The notes: generated by a model not told the origin, from the sequence alone. DNA of 64,000 nt from Desulfomicrobium sp. (GCA_040768745.1 JAXGMI010000001.1:1184001-1248000); one strand, 5' to 3'. Shown: positions 1 through 10,374, counted from the first letter of the stretch. Numbers and translations: made by a program.

Positions 1-56
1 GGCGCCCCCCGGAAGTTGAATGGATAACGATCTGAAATCAGGAAAGAGGAAAGCAA

Positions 57-85
57 CGAAAAGGCCCGGTTGATCCGGGCCTTCG
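57..85 (-). terminator. Rho-independent terminator after ppiD
   Basis: Minus strand reads AAGGCCCGG-ATCAA-CCGGGCCTT then TTCGTT, directly after the stop at 87. Confidence 0.7.
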
Positions 86-86
86 A

Positions 87-1982
87 TCAGTTTTCGATGA
101 CGGCCGGGTTGGTGATGCGGATATCGGCCTTGGCTCTCATTTCCGAAACAGCGGCCTGCACGACCTGCTGTTCGGCCCGCTGATTGAGGGCGTTAAGCCA
201 GATTTCTTTCTCCTGTTCCCACTCGTCGACTGCAGGAGGCGTGGTTCTTACGGCTCTGGCCAGAACGTAGCCATCGGTGAATGCGTAGCTTTCCGGCAAC
301 CATGTGCCGGGTTCCGCCTTGAATGCAGCCGCAACCAGCCCAGGGTTGGCACCCAGACCGGGTATGGAACCCTGGCGTCCGAAAGGAGCTGTCTCTGTTG
401 CCTTGGCGCCACCGGTGCCACCCCCCCGCAGGGTTGCCAAGTCGTTGTCCGCCTGAATCTTGGCCATTTTCAAGGCCTCTTCCCTGACCACCGCGGCCGA
501 GATAGCTTCCTTGACCTCGTTCAGGGTTTTGGTGGTGGCCGCAGTCTGCTCCACCTTGGTGGCCAGCAGATACCCATCCTTGAGGGTCAGAGGGGATTGG
601 GTGGTGGCATTCAGAGGCAGCTCGAAAAGGGTAGCCACGTTTTCCGGGGCTAATTCCGGCAATTCACGGGGAGCTCGCTCTCTGGTGAAGAACTCTGATT
701 CCTGGACCTCACGCTTGAGCCCGATGCTTTTGGCGATTGATTGCAGACCTTCCCCGGCCAGGATCAGCTCCAGGGCCTGATCCAGACGGTCCTGCAACGT
801 CTCTGCCGCACGGTCCTGGGCCAGCAGCGTCTTGATTGCTGCTTCGACATCGGCGTATGCTTGATAACCAGCCGGCTTCTTGTCCTCCACTTTGATCAAA
901 TGGATTCCGAACTGCGTCCGCACGGGTTCACTGACCGAGCTCTTTTCAAGGGCAAACGCCGCATCTTCGAAGGCCTTGACCATCCTGCCCCGGCCAAACC
1001 AGCCCAGTGTCCCTCCGTTTTCGTTGCCGGAAGGATCCTCGGTATATTTCGCGGCCACATCGTGGAACGATTTCCCGGCCTTGAGTTCTGCCTGAGCTGC
1101 CTTGATCTTGGCCATGGCTTTGGCGACATCCGCTTCTGGCGCGCCATCATCCACGCGGACGAGGATGTGGCGGGCGTTGACCTGTTCCTCGATCCTGAAG
1201 TCGTCCTTGTGCTCTGCGTAATACGTTTCCGCTTCTGAACCAGTGACGGAGCTTTCGTCAGACAGCGTTGCGGGGTTCAGCTCCAGATAGGCAATCCTGG
1301 CCAGTGCCGGAACAGCGTATTCGGCTTTGTGCGCCTCATAGTAGGCAGCAATTTTGTCGTCCGTGGCCTTGACCTGGTCCTGAAAGCGGGCCCACGGATA
1401 CATCACGTAGGAAACAACTGCAGTGCTGCGGCTGTAGGTGTGGAAATCCCTGGCCTGATCCTCGTTCAGTCGCCCAGGCAGTCCCAGATAGGTGACGAGC
1501 TTGTCCATGATCAAGGTGCGCATGAAATCGGATTCAAATCTCCCAGGGGTGAGGTTGTTGGCCTGGAGCACCTTTTGGTAGGTCGCCGCGTCAAACACCT
1601 TGCCCTCATTCTGGAATGCCGGGATCAGGTGGATCTCTTTGGCCAACTCTTCCTTGGACACGGTCAGGCCGAGGACCGCTGCCTCTTGCAGCATCAACTC
1701 CTCGGTGATCATTTGTTCAAGGATTTGTTTTTTGAAACCCATCTGGGCCAGGATTTCAGCCGTCAGATTGGGATTCTGACTGCGGGCCATCTCCAGGCTG
1801 CGTTGCAGCCTGTCCTGGTACTGGGAAAAAATGATGGGGATATCGTTGACTGTGGCTACCACGCTGCCTTTGTCATTCTGCATGCGGTTCATGCCGAAGG
1901 CCAAGACAAAGACAGCTATGATAATTCCGAAAAGAATTTTTATTCCCCAACTCTGGGCGCCGCGGCGCAGGATATCGAGCAT
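87..1982 (-). CDS. ppiD: PpiD-like periplasmic chaperone / peptidyl-prolyl isomerase (SurA N-terminal + parvulin domain)
   Basis: N-terminal TM anchor, SurA_N-like region, parvulin motifs ARHILV, GGTLGWF and PVRTQFGIHLIKV; 631 aa. Confidence 0.9.
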   Translation of the reverse strand: MLDILRRGAQSWGIKILFGIIIAVFVLAFGMNRMQNDKGSVVATVNDIPIIFSQYQDRLQRSLEMARSQNPNLTAEILAQMGFKKQILEQMITEELMLQEAAVLGLTVSKEELAKEIHLIPAFQNEGKVFDAATYQKVLQANNLTPGRFESDFMRTLIMDKLVTYLGLPGRLNEDQARDFHTYSRSTAVVSYVMYPWARFQDQVKATDDKIAAYYEAHKAEYAVPALARIAYLELNPATLSDESSVTGSEAETYYAEHKDDFRIEEQVNARHILVRVDDGAPEADVAKAMAKIKAAQAELKAGKSFHDVAAKYTEDPSGNENGGTLGWFGRGRMVKAFEDAAFALEKSSVSEPVRTQFGIHLIKVEDKKPAGYQAYADVEAAIKTLLAQDRAAETLQDRLDQALELILAGEGLQSIAKSIGLKREVQESEFFTRERAPRELPELAPENVATLFELPLNATTQSPLTLKDGYLLATKVEQTAATTKTLNEVKEAISAAVVREEALKMAKIQADNDLATLRGGGTGGAKATETAPFGRQGSIPGLGANPGLVAAAFKAEPGTWLPESYAFTDGYVLARAVRTTPPAVDEWEQEKEIWLNALNQRAEQQVVQAAVSEMRAKADIRITNPAVIEN

Positions 1983-2050
1983 TGATTCTCCGACAACGGT
2001 TCTGGGTTGTAATGGAAGCGGGAAGCCTTCGAGTCGAGTTTCCCGGGATG

Positions 2051-3973
2051 TTATTTCTGTCTGTCGTTCACGTAATTGAGCAAACCGCCCGCCTTGATAA
2101 TGGCTATCTCTCCACCCGTCAAATCGTGGAAGAGCTTGAGCTTTGTCCCGCGGGAGGTTGTGGCCTCCAGTGATGTGTCTGGGGCCAGGTCCATGAGATC
2201 TATTTTGAGGATTTCTCCCTCGGCCAGGGGTTCGTAGTCCGCAGGATTGTCCAGGATCAATGGCAGAATGCCAAAGTTGATGAGATTGGCCTTGTGGATC
2301 CGCGCAAAGGACTTGGCCACGACGACACGGACCCCGAGATGGCGAGGGGCCAAGGCCGCATGCTCACGGCTTGAACCCTGCCCGTAGTTTTCCCCTCCAA
2401 GGATAAGCCCTTGCCCGGCTTGTTCAGCCCGGGCCACGAAATCCTGGTCCACTCGTTCAAAGACGTGTTTGCTGATGGCCGGGATGTTCGAGCGGAGGGC
2501 GGTGATAGCCGCTCCGGCAGGCATGATGTGGTCCGTTGTGATGTTGTCGCCGACCTTGATCAGCACGGGCAGTTCGAGGCTCTTAGGTAACCGGCTGAAA
2601 GGGGAAAGGGCGACGATGTTCGGCCCGCGCAGTATTTTCACCTGCGAACCGTCCGCGGGTGGGTACGCAAAAAGGTTGCGGATGGATGGAGCTTTTTGGG
2701 GCAGCGAGGGTGCGGACACAGATTTTGTCCAACTGTCCGGGTTCGTGAACTTTCCGTTCACGGCGCAAAATGCGGCGGTTATGGGACTGACCAGATAGAT
2801 CTGGCCATCCTGAGTGCCGCTGCGTCCTTCGAAATTGCGATTGAAGGTCCGGGCACTGACTCCACCGCTGTTGGGCGAGCCGCCCATGCCAATACATGGG
2901 CCGCACGTGCATTCCATGAGCCGTCCGCCGGCATCGAGAATGGGATCAAGCAGGCCTTCGCGCATGAGCATCTTCAGTACCTGTTTGGATCCGGGGGACA
3001 GAAGCAGGTCGGTGTTGGGTGCGAGATGTTCTCCTTTGAGGATCTGAGCCACACTCTGCAAGTCCGAGAACGAGGAGTTGGTGCAGGAGCCGATGGCCAC
3101 CTGATCCACGGCCAATCCGTCCAGTTCGGCCACAGGCACTACCCTGTCGGGCATGTGCGGTTGGGCGGCCAAGGGGATGATGGAGCTCAGGTCAATGATC
3201 AGCTCATGGTCGTACCGGGCATCCTCGTCGGCGGCGAGAGGGGTGAAATCCTGCTCACGCCCCATGAGTTTGAGGAAATCTCGGGTCTGTCCATCGCTCG
3301 GGAATATGGACGTCGTGGCACCCAATTCCGCGCCCATGTTGGTGATGGTGGCTCGCTCGGGTACGCTCAGGGTGGCCACTCCAGGTCCGCAGTATTCCAT
3401 GACTGCGCCCACGCCACCCTTGACGGAAAGGAGTCCGAGGAGATGCAGGATGACATCCTTGGCCGAGGCGTAGCCCGAAAGTTTGCCGATCAGCCAGATT
3501 TTGAACACCTTGGGCATGGTGATGGAATATGGTTCGCCGGCCATGGCCAGGGCCACGGACAGTCCCCCCGCGCCCATGGCCAGGGAGCCGATTCCTCCAG
3601 CTGTGGGGGTATGCGAGTCAGAGCCAATCAGAGTTTTGCCGGGAACTGCAAAGTTTTCCAGATGCAGTTGGTGGCAAATGCCCGTGCCCGGGGGGGAGAA
3701 AATGATTCCGTACTTGGCCGCGATACTGCGCAGGAATCGGTGGTCGTCAGGGTTCCGGAAGCCCATCTGCAGGGTGTTGTGGTCCACGTAGCTGACGGAC
3801 AGCTCGGTTTTGACCCTGGGCAGGCCAATGGCTTCCCATTGGAGGTAGGCCATGGTTCCTGTGGCGTCCTGGGTCAAGGTCTGGTCTATCTTGATGGCCA
3901 CCTCGCCGCCGGGCGTCATGTTGCCGTCCACGAGGTGCGCTGCGATAATTTTTTGGGTTAAATTTTGCTTCAT
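2051..3973 (-). CDS. acnA: Aconitate hydratase
   Basis: Motifs TQDATG, DSHT, IGSCTN, CGPCIG, TFNRNF, TTDHI, GSSREHA; start moved to ATG 3973 (MKQNL) behind an AAGGAG RBS. Confidence 0.9.
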   Translation of the reverse strand: MKQNLTQKIIAAHLVDGNMTPGGEVAIKIDQTLTQDATGTMAYLQWEAIGLPRVKTELSVSYVDHNTLQMGFRNPDDHRFLRSIAAKYGIIFSPPGTGICHQLHLENFAVPGKTLIGSDSHTPTAGGIGSLAMGAGGLSVALAMAGEPYSITMPKVFKIWLIGKLSGYASAKDVILHLLGLLSVKGGVGAVMEYCGPGVATLSVPERATITNMGAELGATTSIFPSDGQTRDFLKLMGREQDFTPLAADEDARYDHELIIDLSSIIPLAAQPHMPDRVVPVAELDGLAVDQVAIGSCTNSSFSDLQSVAQILKGEHLAPNTDLLLSPGSKQVLKMLMREGLLDPILDAGGRLMECTCGPCIGMGGSPNSGGVSARTFNRNFEGRSGTQDGQIYLVSPITAAFCAVNGKFTNPDSWTKSVSAPSLPQKAPSIRNLFAYPPADGSQVKILRGPNIVALSPFSRLPKSLELPVLIKVGDNITTDHIMPAGAAITALRSNIPAISKHVFERVDQDFVARAEQAGQGLILGGENYGQGSSREHAALAPRHLGVRVVVAKSFARIHKANLINFGILPLILDNPADYEPLAEGEILKIDLMDLAPDTSLEATTSRGTKLKLFHDLTGGEIAIIKAGGLLNYVNDRQK

Positions 3974-4042
3974 GCCAACTCCTTGTCGTGAAAATACGAA
4001 AAAAATTATCCCCCAGTCTCGACTGGGGGCCACCCTTGAGGT

Positions 4043-4291
4043 CTACCAGGTTGATTTCAGGCGGCGCAGCTTGGCCTGCAGGAACTGGATTTCAGTGTCC
4101 AGGCGAAGGTTATCCTGCTGCAGGTGGAAAATGCGTTCGTGGTAGCACACGCCGTTTGCAGGATTTTCCTCCATCAGCAGAAGCTTGACCTCTGCCTGAA
4201 CGGCGGCTTGTTCGTGCTGGAGGCACTCAATCTCGTGTTCGGTGGCCTCAATCAGCTGTGATTCGGATCCGTTTGCGCTTTGGCTTGTCAT
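4043..4291 (-). CDS. Small coiled-coil hypothetical protein
   Basis: Helical, charged ORF co-oriented between the CM-fusion gene and aconitase; start uncertain (4291 or 4315). Confidence 0.55.
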   Translation of the reverse strand: MTSQSANGSESQLIEATEHEIECLQHEQAAVQAEVKLLLMEENPANGVCYHERIFHLQQDNLRLDTEIQFLQAKLRRLKSTW

Positions 4292-5888
4292 GGTCTGGTT
4301 CATCTGCGGGTTCATCGTTGCGGGGTGGATGAATGAAGTTTTGAGGTTCAGGGAGGTTCATGAATATTTTCCAGAACCACGGCCATGCCGAGGAGATATT
4401 GTCTGCATTGGCCATGCAGATGCCGGGAAGAGTAAACGAAATAAGGGCGCCGGCCAAGGTCCAGTAGGGCCCGGGACTTCTCCATGGGGATTCGGTGCCC
4501 TTTTTGACTCCAGGCAAGCCAAGGTGGAGCACTCCAGATTCCATGGAATAGCCGATGCCAAAATTTTCCAGAAGGTCCTGTGCGAGCTCAGCATCCTCGC
4601 GGGAGGTGTCGAGGGTAATTGAACACTTGGTCTTGAGGCCCAGGGCCATGGCCAGGATGAGGGGAAGGTATTCCTGGCATGAGGAGACATCGATTAAAAG
4701 GTGTTTGGGCCGATGTCCCATACGGGACGTGATCTGATCCGGGCCGACCGTGATTCGCACCCCGAATTCATAGACGATGTCCATGACGTCCTGCAGATAC
4801 GGGAGGTGTTCTGGCCACTTCCCCTGCAGCCGTACCGTGCCATCCGCAAAGAAGGGCAAAACCAGGAGGTAGAGGCTCATCAAGGGGTCGACGGGTATGT
4901 CCACTCTGGACACATCGAGATTGATGGGAGCTGGCGGAATGATCAGATTTATGCCTTCAAACTGGAGCTCCGGCAGATACTGCTGCAAAAAAAAGATGCC
5001 CTTACGCAGCAGCTTGCTGTTCCAGTAGGAATCGTGCAGCCGGATGGAAAGTCCGGCCTTGAAAGTGGTGGCCGCGACTGCCAGGGCCAAGATGAATTTT
5101 TTGGACAGGCCTGGCGGAATGGTGATTGAGGCGGGAAGCTGACCACTGGTCTCGACCCGAACGGGCAGTCCGTTGCTGTGTGGCTCGACGATGGTCAGCC
5201 TGGCGCCCAGTTGCGGCAGAATTTCTTGGACCGGGCGAACGTCGTGGATTTTCAGTTTAGTCGAACCTGTGAACTTGACGCGGGTGACCTGGCCCAGGGA
5301 CAGGCAGAGGAGCAGATAAAAGTGGAACTTGCTCTGCCCGGCATAGAGGATCTTGTTGTCCATGGTCCAGCCGGGGACTGGCTGGGTGGTGCATTGCCGG
5401 TTCTGAAAATTGAGATTGAAGCCGCAAAGATTGAGGGCGTTGATCAGTTCCAGCGAGATATCGTTGCTTTGGAACGGGGCTATGGTCAATGGTGTAGAAC
5501 TTGTGGCGCCCAGAAAAAACATCATGCTCCGGAGGATTTGGTCTCGGGGTGCATCCAGTTCTATGTTGACTGGTTTTCTTCTGGGAAAGAGGCACAGCGG
5601 CTTTTCGCCGGATGAATTGCGTTCAACCCGCGCGTAGGCGAGGTTGTTGGACAGGTGAAAGATTTTTTTCAGTAGCTGGGGCTCGAGATTTTCGCCCGCA
5701 GAACTGTCTCGCCAGACCTGCCACAGCTGTTTTTCCTGGGCAGGGTCTGTGATGCCTAAGTTTTTGGACCGCCTCGATGCCGCGGCCCTGGCCAAAAGAT
5801 TGGTGCGAGCGACAAGGGTCGTGACGAGTTTCTCGTCCAGTTGCGCCAACTCCTGAGTCAAGGGCAGTGAAGAGCGTTTTTCGGCCAT
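4248..5888 (-). CDS. Chorismate mutase (AroQ-like) domain fused to a degenerate EPSP-synthase-like domain
   Basis: N-terminus LAQLDEKLVTTLVAR...DPAQEKQL resembles AroQ; the rest has EPSPS-like segments (VKFTGSTKLK, LPQLGARL, SSAWPWFW); start at MAEKRSS. Confidence 0.65.
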   Translation of the reverse strand: MAEKRSSLPLTQELAQLDEKLVTTLVARTNLLARAAASRRSKNLGITDPAQEKQLWQVWRDSSAGENLEPQLLKKIFHLSNNLAYARVERNSSGEKPLCLFPRRKPVNIELDAPRDQILRSMMFFLGATSSTPLTIAPFQSNDISLELINALNLCGFNLNFQNRQCTTQPVPGWTMDNKILYAGQSKFHFYLLLCLSLGQVTRVKFTGSTKLKIHDVRPVQEILPQLGARLTIVEPHSNGLPVRVETSGQLPASITIPPGLSKKFILALAVAATTFKAGLSIRLHDSYWNSKLLRKGIFFLQQYLPELQFEGINLIIPPAPINLDVSRVDIPVDPLMSLYLLVLPFFADGTVRLQGKWPEHLPYLQDVMDIVYEFGVRITVGPDQITSRMGHRPKHLLIDVSSCQEYLPLILAMALGLKTKCSITLDTSREDAELAQDLLENFGIGYSMESGVLHLGLPGVKKGTESPWRSPGPYWTLAGALISFTLPGICMANADNISSAWPWFWKIFMNLPEPQNFIHPPRNDEPADEPDHDKPKRKRIRITAD

Positions 5889-6053
5889 GGGGATAAATAT
5901 CGGGCTAGGAGGTTGTGTGACCGCGAGAGCGAATTCATGCGGTTTGATGACTTCGAGGCACACACTTAACAACAAGATGGCTCGCATGGCAAGCAAAGAA
6001 TGCATATATTTCAAATAATTCCTTGGTATATTTGACAGCAATGACTCAGGGGA

Positions 6054-6203
6054 TAGTTTAACTTTCATCAAAGTTGACTTGGCTTTGTGAAGAGGTGATC
6101 AAATATTTTCCGAGGTTGATAAAAAAATCACAAAAGGGTTGACAACGTGGCAGATGCGAAGCAAATTGGGGCCTCATCCCGTTGTTTGTGAAATTATAAA
6201 CAA
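6054..6203 (+). promoter_or_regulatory. Cluster of Rex-like operators and a sigma70 -35 box upstream of sat
   Basis: 18-mers like TTGTGAA-N4-TTCACAA at 6085-6102, 6116-6133 and 6186-6203, weak one at 6054-6071; TTGACA at 6139-6144. Confidence 0.7.
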
Positions 6204-6227
6204 ACTATATTTAGGAGGATCCGCATT

Positions 6228-7496
6228 ATGGCTCTCGTACCCCCTCATGGTGGAAAAGGTTTGGTTTGCTGTCTGCTTCAGGGTGCTGAACTGGCTGCCG
6301 AACAGAAAAAGGCCACAACTCTGAAGAAGATCGAAATCAGCCCCCGCGCCAAGGGCGATTTGATTATGATGGGAATTGGTGGCTTCAGCCCGCTGAGCGG
6401 TTTCATGACCAAGGCTGACTGGAAGTCCGTGTGCGAAAAGTTCACGCTGGCCGACGGAACCTTCTGGCCCGTGCCTGTGACCCTGGACACTGACGAAGCG
6501 GTGAAAGTCGGTGAAGAGATTGCGCTGTTTGACCCCAAGAAGGGTGTGTTCATGGCGACCATGAAGGTCACCGAAGTCTATGAAATGACCGAGGCCGACA
6601 AGAAGTGGGAATGCGAAAAGGTTTACAAGGGCAAGGGCGAAGAGTCTGCAGACGACAAGTTCTGGGAAATCGCCCCGAAGGATCATCCCGGTGTCCAGAT
6701 GGTTCTGGCGCAGAAGAAGTACAATGTGGCCGGCCCGGTCAAGGTCCTGTCTGAGGGCGATTATCGCGAGAGATTCCCCGGTTGCTACATGTCCCCGGCC
6801 GAAGCCCGCAAGACCTTCGAGGAAAAGGGCTGGAGCAAGGTTGCTGCTCTGCAGCTGCGCAACCCCATGCACCGCTCCCATGAATTCCTGGCCAAGATCG
6901 CCGTGGAAGTCTGCGACGGCGTATTCATTCACTCCCTGGTCGGCAACCTGAAGCCCGGCGATATTCCGGCCGAAGTACGCATCAAGTGTATCGACACGTT
7001 GATCGACAAGTACTTTGTGAAGGCCAATGTGGTGCAGGGCGGCTATCCCCTGGATATGCGCTATGCCGGTCCCCGTGAAGGCCTGCTGCACGCCACTTTC
7101 CGTCAGAACTACGGCGTGTCCGACATGCTGATCGGACGCGACCATGCCGGTGTCGGCGATTTCTATGGTTTGTTCGAGGCGCAGGAGATCTTTGACCGCA
7201 TTCCCAAGAATCTGGGGCCCGGCAAGGATCTGATCACGCAGCCCATGAAGATCGACTGGACCTTCTACTGCTACAAGTGTGATGGCATGGCCTCCCTGCG
7301 TACCTGTCCGCACGGCAAGGAAGACCGCGTTGTCCTGTCCGGCACCAAGCTGCGCAAGGCCCTGTCCGAAGGAGCTCCCGTCGCAGATCACTTCGGCCGT
7401 GACGAAGTCCTGGACATCCTGCGCGAGTACTATTCCAGCTTGACCGAAAAGGTTGAAATCAAGATGCAGAGCCACGCTGCCGCAACCAAGATGTAA
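6228..7496 (+). CDS. sat: Sulfate adenylyltransferase (dissimilatory ATP sulfurylase)
   Basis: [24 protein letters not shown] and LSGTKLRK motifs; AGGAGG RBS; upstream of aprBA. Confidence 0.97.
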   Translation: MALVPPHGGKGLVCCLLQGAELAAEQKKATTLKKIEISPRAKGDLIMMGIGGFSPLSGFMTKADWKSVCEKFTLADGTFWPVPVTLDTDEAVKVGEEIALFDPKKGVFMATMKVTEVYEMTEADKKWECEKVYKGKGEESADDKFWEIAPKDHPGVQMVLAQKKYNVAGPVKVLSEGDYRERFPGCYMSPAEARKTFEEKGWSKVAALQLRNPMHRSHEFLAKIAVEVCDGVFIHSLVGNLKPGDIPAEVRIKCIDTLIDKYFVKANVVQGGYPLDMRYAGPREGLLHATFRQNYGVSDMLIGRDHAGVGDFYGLFEAQEIFDRIPKNLGPGKDLITQPMKIDWTFYCYKCDGMASLRTCPHGKEDRVVLSGTKLRKALSEGAPVADHFGRDEVLDILREYYSSLTEKVEIKMQSHAAATKM

Positions 7497-7512
7497 TTGT
7501 TTAATCCTGTCT

Positions 7513-7541
7513 CCCGGGAAGGAGTCGTCCTCCTTCCCGGG
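7513..7541 (+). terminator. GC-rich hairpin after sat (weak terminator or mRNA stabiliser)
   Basis: CCCGGGAAGGAG-TCGTC-CTCCTTCCCGGG perfect 12-bp stem, no immediate U-tract. Confidence 0.5.
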
Positions 7542-7588
7542 TCGAGTTTGATGCGCGCGGGGCGAGCCCACCTGCGTCCGCTACTGGG

Positions 7589-7625
7589 TTGACAGCGTGA
7601 ATACGCTTTGATAAAAGATTCACAA
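7589..7625 (+). promoter_or_regulatory. aprBA promoter with overlapping Rex-like operator
   Basis: TTGACA at 7589-7594; TTGATAA-AAGA-TTCACAA at 7608-7625 covers the expected -10 region. Confidence 0.7.
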
Positions 7626-7699
7626 GCATTATGCTTGGGAGTTGTCTGTTTTGTTCGGGCCTGTGGCTAAGTAGTTTAAACTATTTAATTGGAGGAATT

Positions 7700-8188
7700 A
7701 TGCCAACCTTTGTTGATCCAGCAAAGTGTGATGGGTGCAAGGGCGGTGAAAAGACTGCCTGCATGTACATCTGTCCTAATGACCTGATGATCCTGGACCC
7801 GGTTGAGATGAAGGCCTACAACCAGGAGCCGTCCGCTTGCTGGGAATGTTATTCCTGCGTTAAGATTTGCCCCCAGGGCGCCATCACCGCTCGTCCTTAT
7901 GCTGACTTCGCCCCCATGGGTGGCACCTGTATCCCGCTGCGCGGCGCCGAGGACATCATGTGGACCGTCCAGTTCCGCAACGGCGAAGTGAAACGCTTCA
8001 AGTTCCCCATCCGCACCACGGTGGAGGGTTCCATCAAGCCGTATGATGGCAAGCCCGAAGGCGCGGATCTGGAAAACGAACTGCTGTTCACTGAAACAGC
8101 CCTGAAGCTCCCCAAAGAGGCTTTGGGCAAGAAGTTCGAGGTCGGTGAAGCAGATCTGAAGGTCACCTTCAAGTCGGCCGTTGCCTAA
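7700..8188 (+). CDS. aprB: Adenylylsulfate reductase beta subunit
   Basis: MPTFVDPAKCDGC...CMYICP and CWECYSCVKICP ferredoxin motifs; GGAGG RBS before ATG 7700. Confidence 0.97.
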   Translation: MPTFVDPAKCDGCKGGEKTACMYICPNDLMILDPVEMKAYNQEPSACWECYSCVKICPQGAITARPYADFAPMGGTCIPLRGAEDIMWTVQFRNGEVKRFKFPIRTTVEGSIKPYDGKPEGADLENELLFTETALKLPKEALGKKFEVGEADLKVTFKSAVA

Positions 8189-8227
8189 TTCAGGGCTTTC
8201 TAACGCAAGAAATTTCAGGAGGAACAC

Positions 8228-10213
8228 ATGCCTCAGATTCCCGTTAAAGAAACGATCAAGGGTTTGGCCCTGGCCGAGCCGGAACTGGTTGAGCTTGAAA
8301 CCGACGTCCTTATGGTCGGTGGTGGCATGGGCAACTGTGGCGCGGCCTTCGAGGCCTGCCGCTGGGCTGACAAATTGGGCGTGAAAGTGCTGCTGGTCGA
8401 CAAGGCTGCCATCGATCGGGGTGGTGCTGTTGCCCAGGGTCTGTCCGCCATCAATACCTACATCGGCGAGAACGAGGCCGATGATTACGTGCGCATGGTC
8501 CGCACCGACCTCATGGGTCTGGTCCGCGAAGATCTGATCTTCGACCTGGGCCGCCACGTCGACGATTCAGTCCATCTGTTTGAAGAGTGGGGCCTGCCCT
8601 GCTGGATCAAGAAAGATGGGAAAAACCTGGACGGCGCGCAGGCCAAGAAAGAAGGCCTGTCCCTGCGCAAGGGCGACGCCCCGGTCCGTTCCGGCCGTTG
8701 GCAGATCATGATCAACGGTGAGTCCTACAAGGTCATCGTTGCTGAAGCCGCCAAGAACGCCCTGGGCCAGGATCGCTACATCGAGCGTCTCTTCATCGTG
8801 AAACTGCTTCTGGACGCCAAGGTCCCGAACCAGATCGCCGGTGCCGTGGGCTTCTCTGTTCGCGAAAATAAAGTGTATGTCATCAAGGCCAAGGCCATGT
8901 CCGTGGCTTGTGGTGGCGCCGTCAACGTATACCGTCCCCGGTCCACCGGTGAAGGTCTCGGTCGCGCATGGTATCCTGTTTGGAACGCTGGTTCCACATA
9001 CACCATGTGCGCCCAGGTCGGTGCTGAGATGACCATGATGGAAAACCGTTTCGTCCCCGCCCGCTTCAAAGACGGATACGGGCCGGTCGGCGCATGGTTC
9101 CTGCTCTTCAAGGCCAAAGCCACCAATTCCAAGGGCGAAGACTACTGTGTCACCAACCGCGCCATGCTGAAGCCTTACGAGGATCGCGGTTACGCCAAGG
9201 GACACGTCATTCCCACATGTCTGCGCAACCACATGATGCTGCGTGAAATGCGCGAAGGCCGCGGGCCCATCTATATGGACACCGCTACCGCGCTGAATAC
9301 CACCTTCGCGACACTGTCCAAGGCCGAGCAGAAGCACCTTGAGTCAGAAGCTTGGGAAGACTTCCTGGATATGTGTGTTGGTCAGGCCAACCTGTGGGCG
9401 GCCATGAACATCAAGCCCGAAGAACGCGGCTCCGAAATCATGCCCACTGAGCCCTATCTGCTCGGATCGCACTCCGGCTGCTGCGGCATCTGGGTTTCCG
9501 GCCCGAACGAACCCTGGGTTCCGGAAGAATACAAAGTCAAGGCTGCCAACGGGAAGGTCTACAACCGCATGACCACGGTCAACGGTCTGTTCACCTGCGC
9601 TGACGGCGTCGGTGCTTCCGGTCACAAGTTCTCCTCCGGCTCCCACGCCGAAGGCCGCATCGTCGGCAAGCAGTTAGTCCGCTACGCCGTCGATCACAAA
9701 GACTTCAAGCCCGCGCTGAACATCTCGGCCGCTGACCTGAAGAAGGAAATCTACCAGCCCTGGTACACCTACGAGCAGTTCAAGGGCGCATCCACTGATC
9801 CGGTCGTCAACCCGAACTACATCTCCCCGAACAACTTCATGATGCGCCTGATCAAGGCCACCGATGAATACGGCGGGGGTGTTTCTACCCTGTACACCAC
9901 TTCTGACAGGCTGCTCGACACCGGCTTCGCCCTGCTCGACATGCTGGAAGAAGACTCCAAGAAGCTGGCTGCCCGCGACCTGCACGAGTTGCTGCGTTGC
10001 TGGGAACAGTACCACAGACTGTGGACCGTGCGGCTGCACATGCAGCACATCCGTTTCCGCCAGGAAAGCCGTTACCCCGGTTTCTACTATCGCGCAGACT
10101 TCATGGGTCTGGACGATTCCAAGTGGAAGTGCTTCGTTAACTCCAAGTTCAATCCGGCCACTGGTGAAACCGTTATCTTCAAGAAAAATTACTACCAGAT
10201 CATCCCTGACTAG
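8228..10213 (+). CDS. aprA: Adenylylsulfate reductase alpha subunit
   Basis: FAD-binding GGGMG, AVAQGLSAIN, WQIMINGE, GHKFSSGS and ESRYPG motifs. Confidence 0.97.
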   Translation: MPQIPVKETIKGLALAEPELVELETDVLMVGGGMGNCGAAFEACRWADKLGVKVLLVDKAAIDRGGAVAQGLSAINTYIGENEADDYVRMVRTDLMGLVREDLIFDLGRHVDDSVHLFEEWGLPCWIKKDGKNLDGAQAKKEGLSLRKGDAPVRSGRWQIMINGESYKVIVAEAAKNALGQDRYIERLFIVKLLLDAKVPNQIAGAVGFSVRENKVYVIKAKAMSVACGGAVNVYRPRSTGEGLGRAWYPVWNAGSTYTMCAQVGAEMTMMENRFVPARFKDGYGPVGAWFLLFKAKATNSKGEDYCVTNRAMLKPYEDRGYAKGHVIPTCLRNHMMLREMREGRGPIYMDTATALNTTFATLSKAEQKHLESEAWEDFLDMCVGQANLWAAMNIKPEERGSEIMPTEPYLLGSHSGCCGIWVSGPNEPWVPEEYKVKAANGKVYNRMTTVNGLFTCADGVGASGHKFSSGSHAEGRIVGKQLVRYAVDHKDFKPALNISAADLKKEIYQPWYTYEQFKGASTDPVVNPNYISPNNFMMRLIKATDEYGGGVSTLYTTSDRLLDTGFALLDMLEEDSKKLAARDLHELLRCWEQYHRLWTVRLHMQHIRFRQESRYPGFYYRADFMGLDDSKWKCFVNSKFNPATGETVIFKKNYYQIIPD

Positions 10214-10223
10214 TTTATGGGCC

Positions 10224-10256
10224 AAAAGGCTGCGGGCTCGTCCCGCAGCCTTTTTT
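10224..10256 (+). terminator. Rho-independent terminator after aprA
   Basis: AAAAGGCTGCGGG-CTCGT-CCCGCAGCCTTTTTT. Confidence 0.85.
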
Positions 10257-10374
10257 CTGTATCAGGAAATAGAATGGTCTACGTATGATCTGTAACTTTT
10301 GGTAGTTATAGATCATGCTTGGGCCATTCTATTCATTTTTATGGCCTTCAACATAATGTTCTGGGAGGAGTCGA

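Noticed and set aside
5889..6071. N-terminal extensions given by the ORF track (also for aprB, aconitase, chrA, SRPBCC and the Cys-rich mini-protein)
   Set aside because: They run through promoter or neighbouring regions; downstream starts have better RBS or family-typical N-termini
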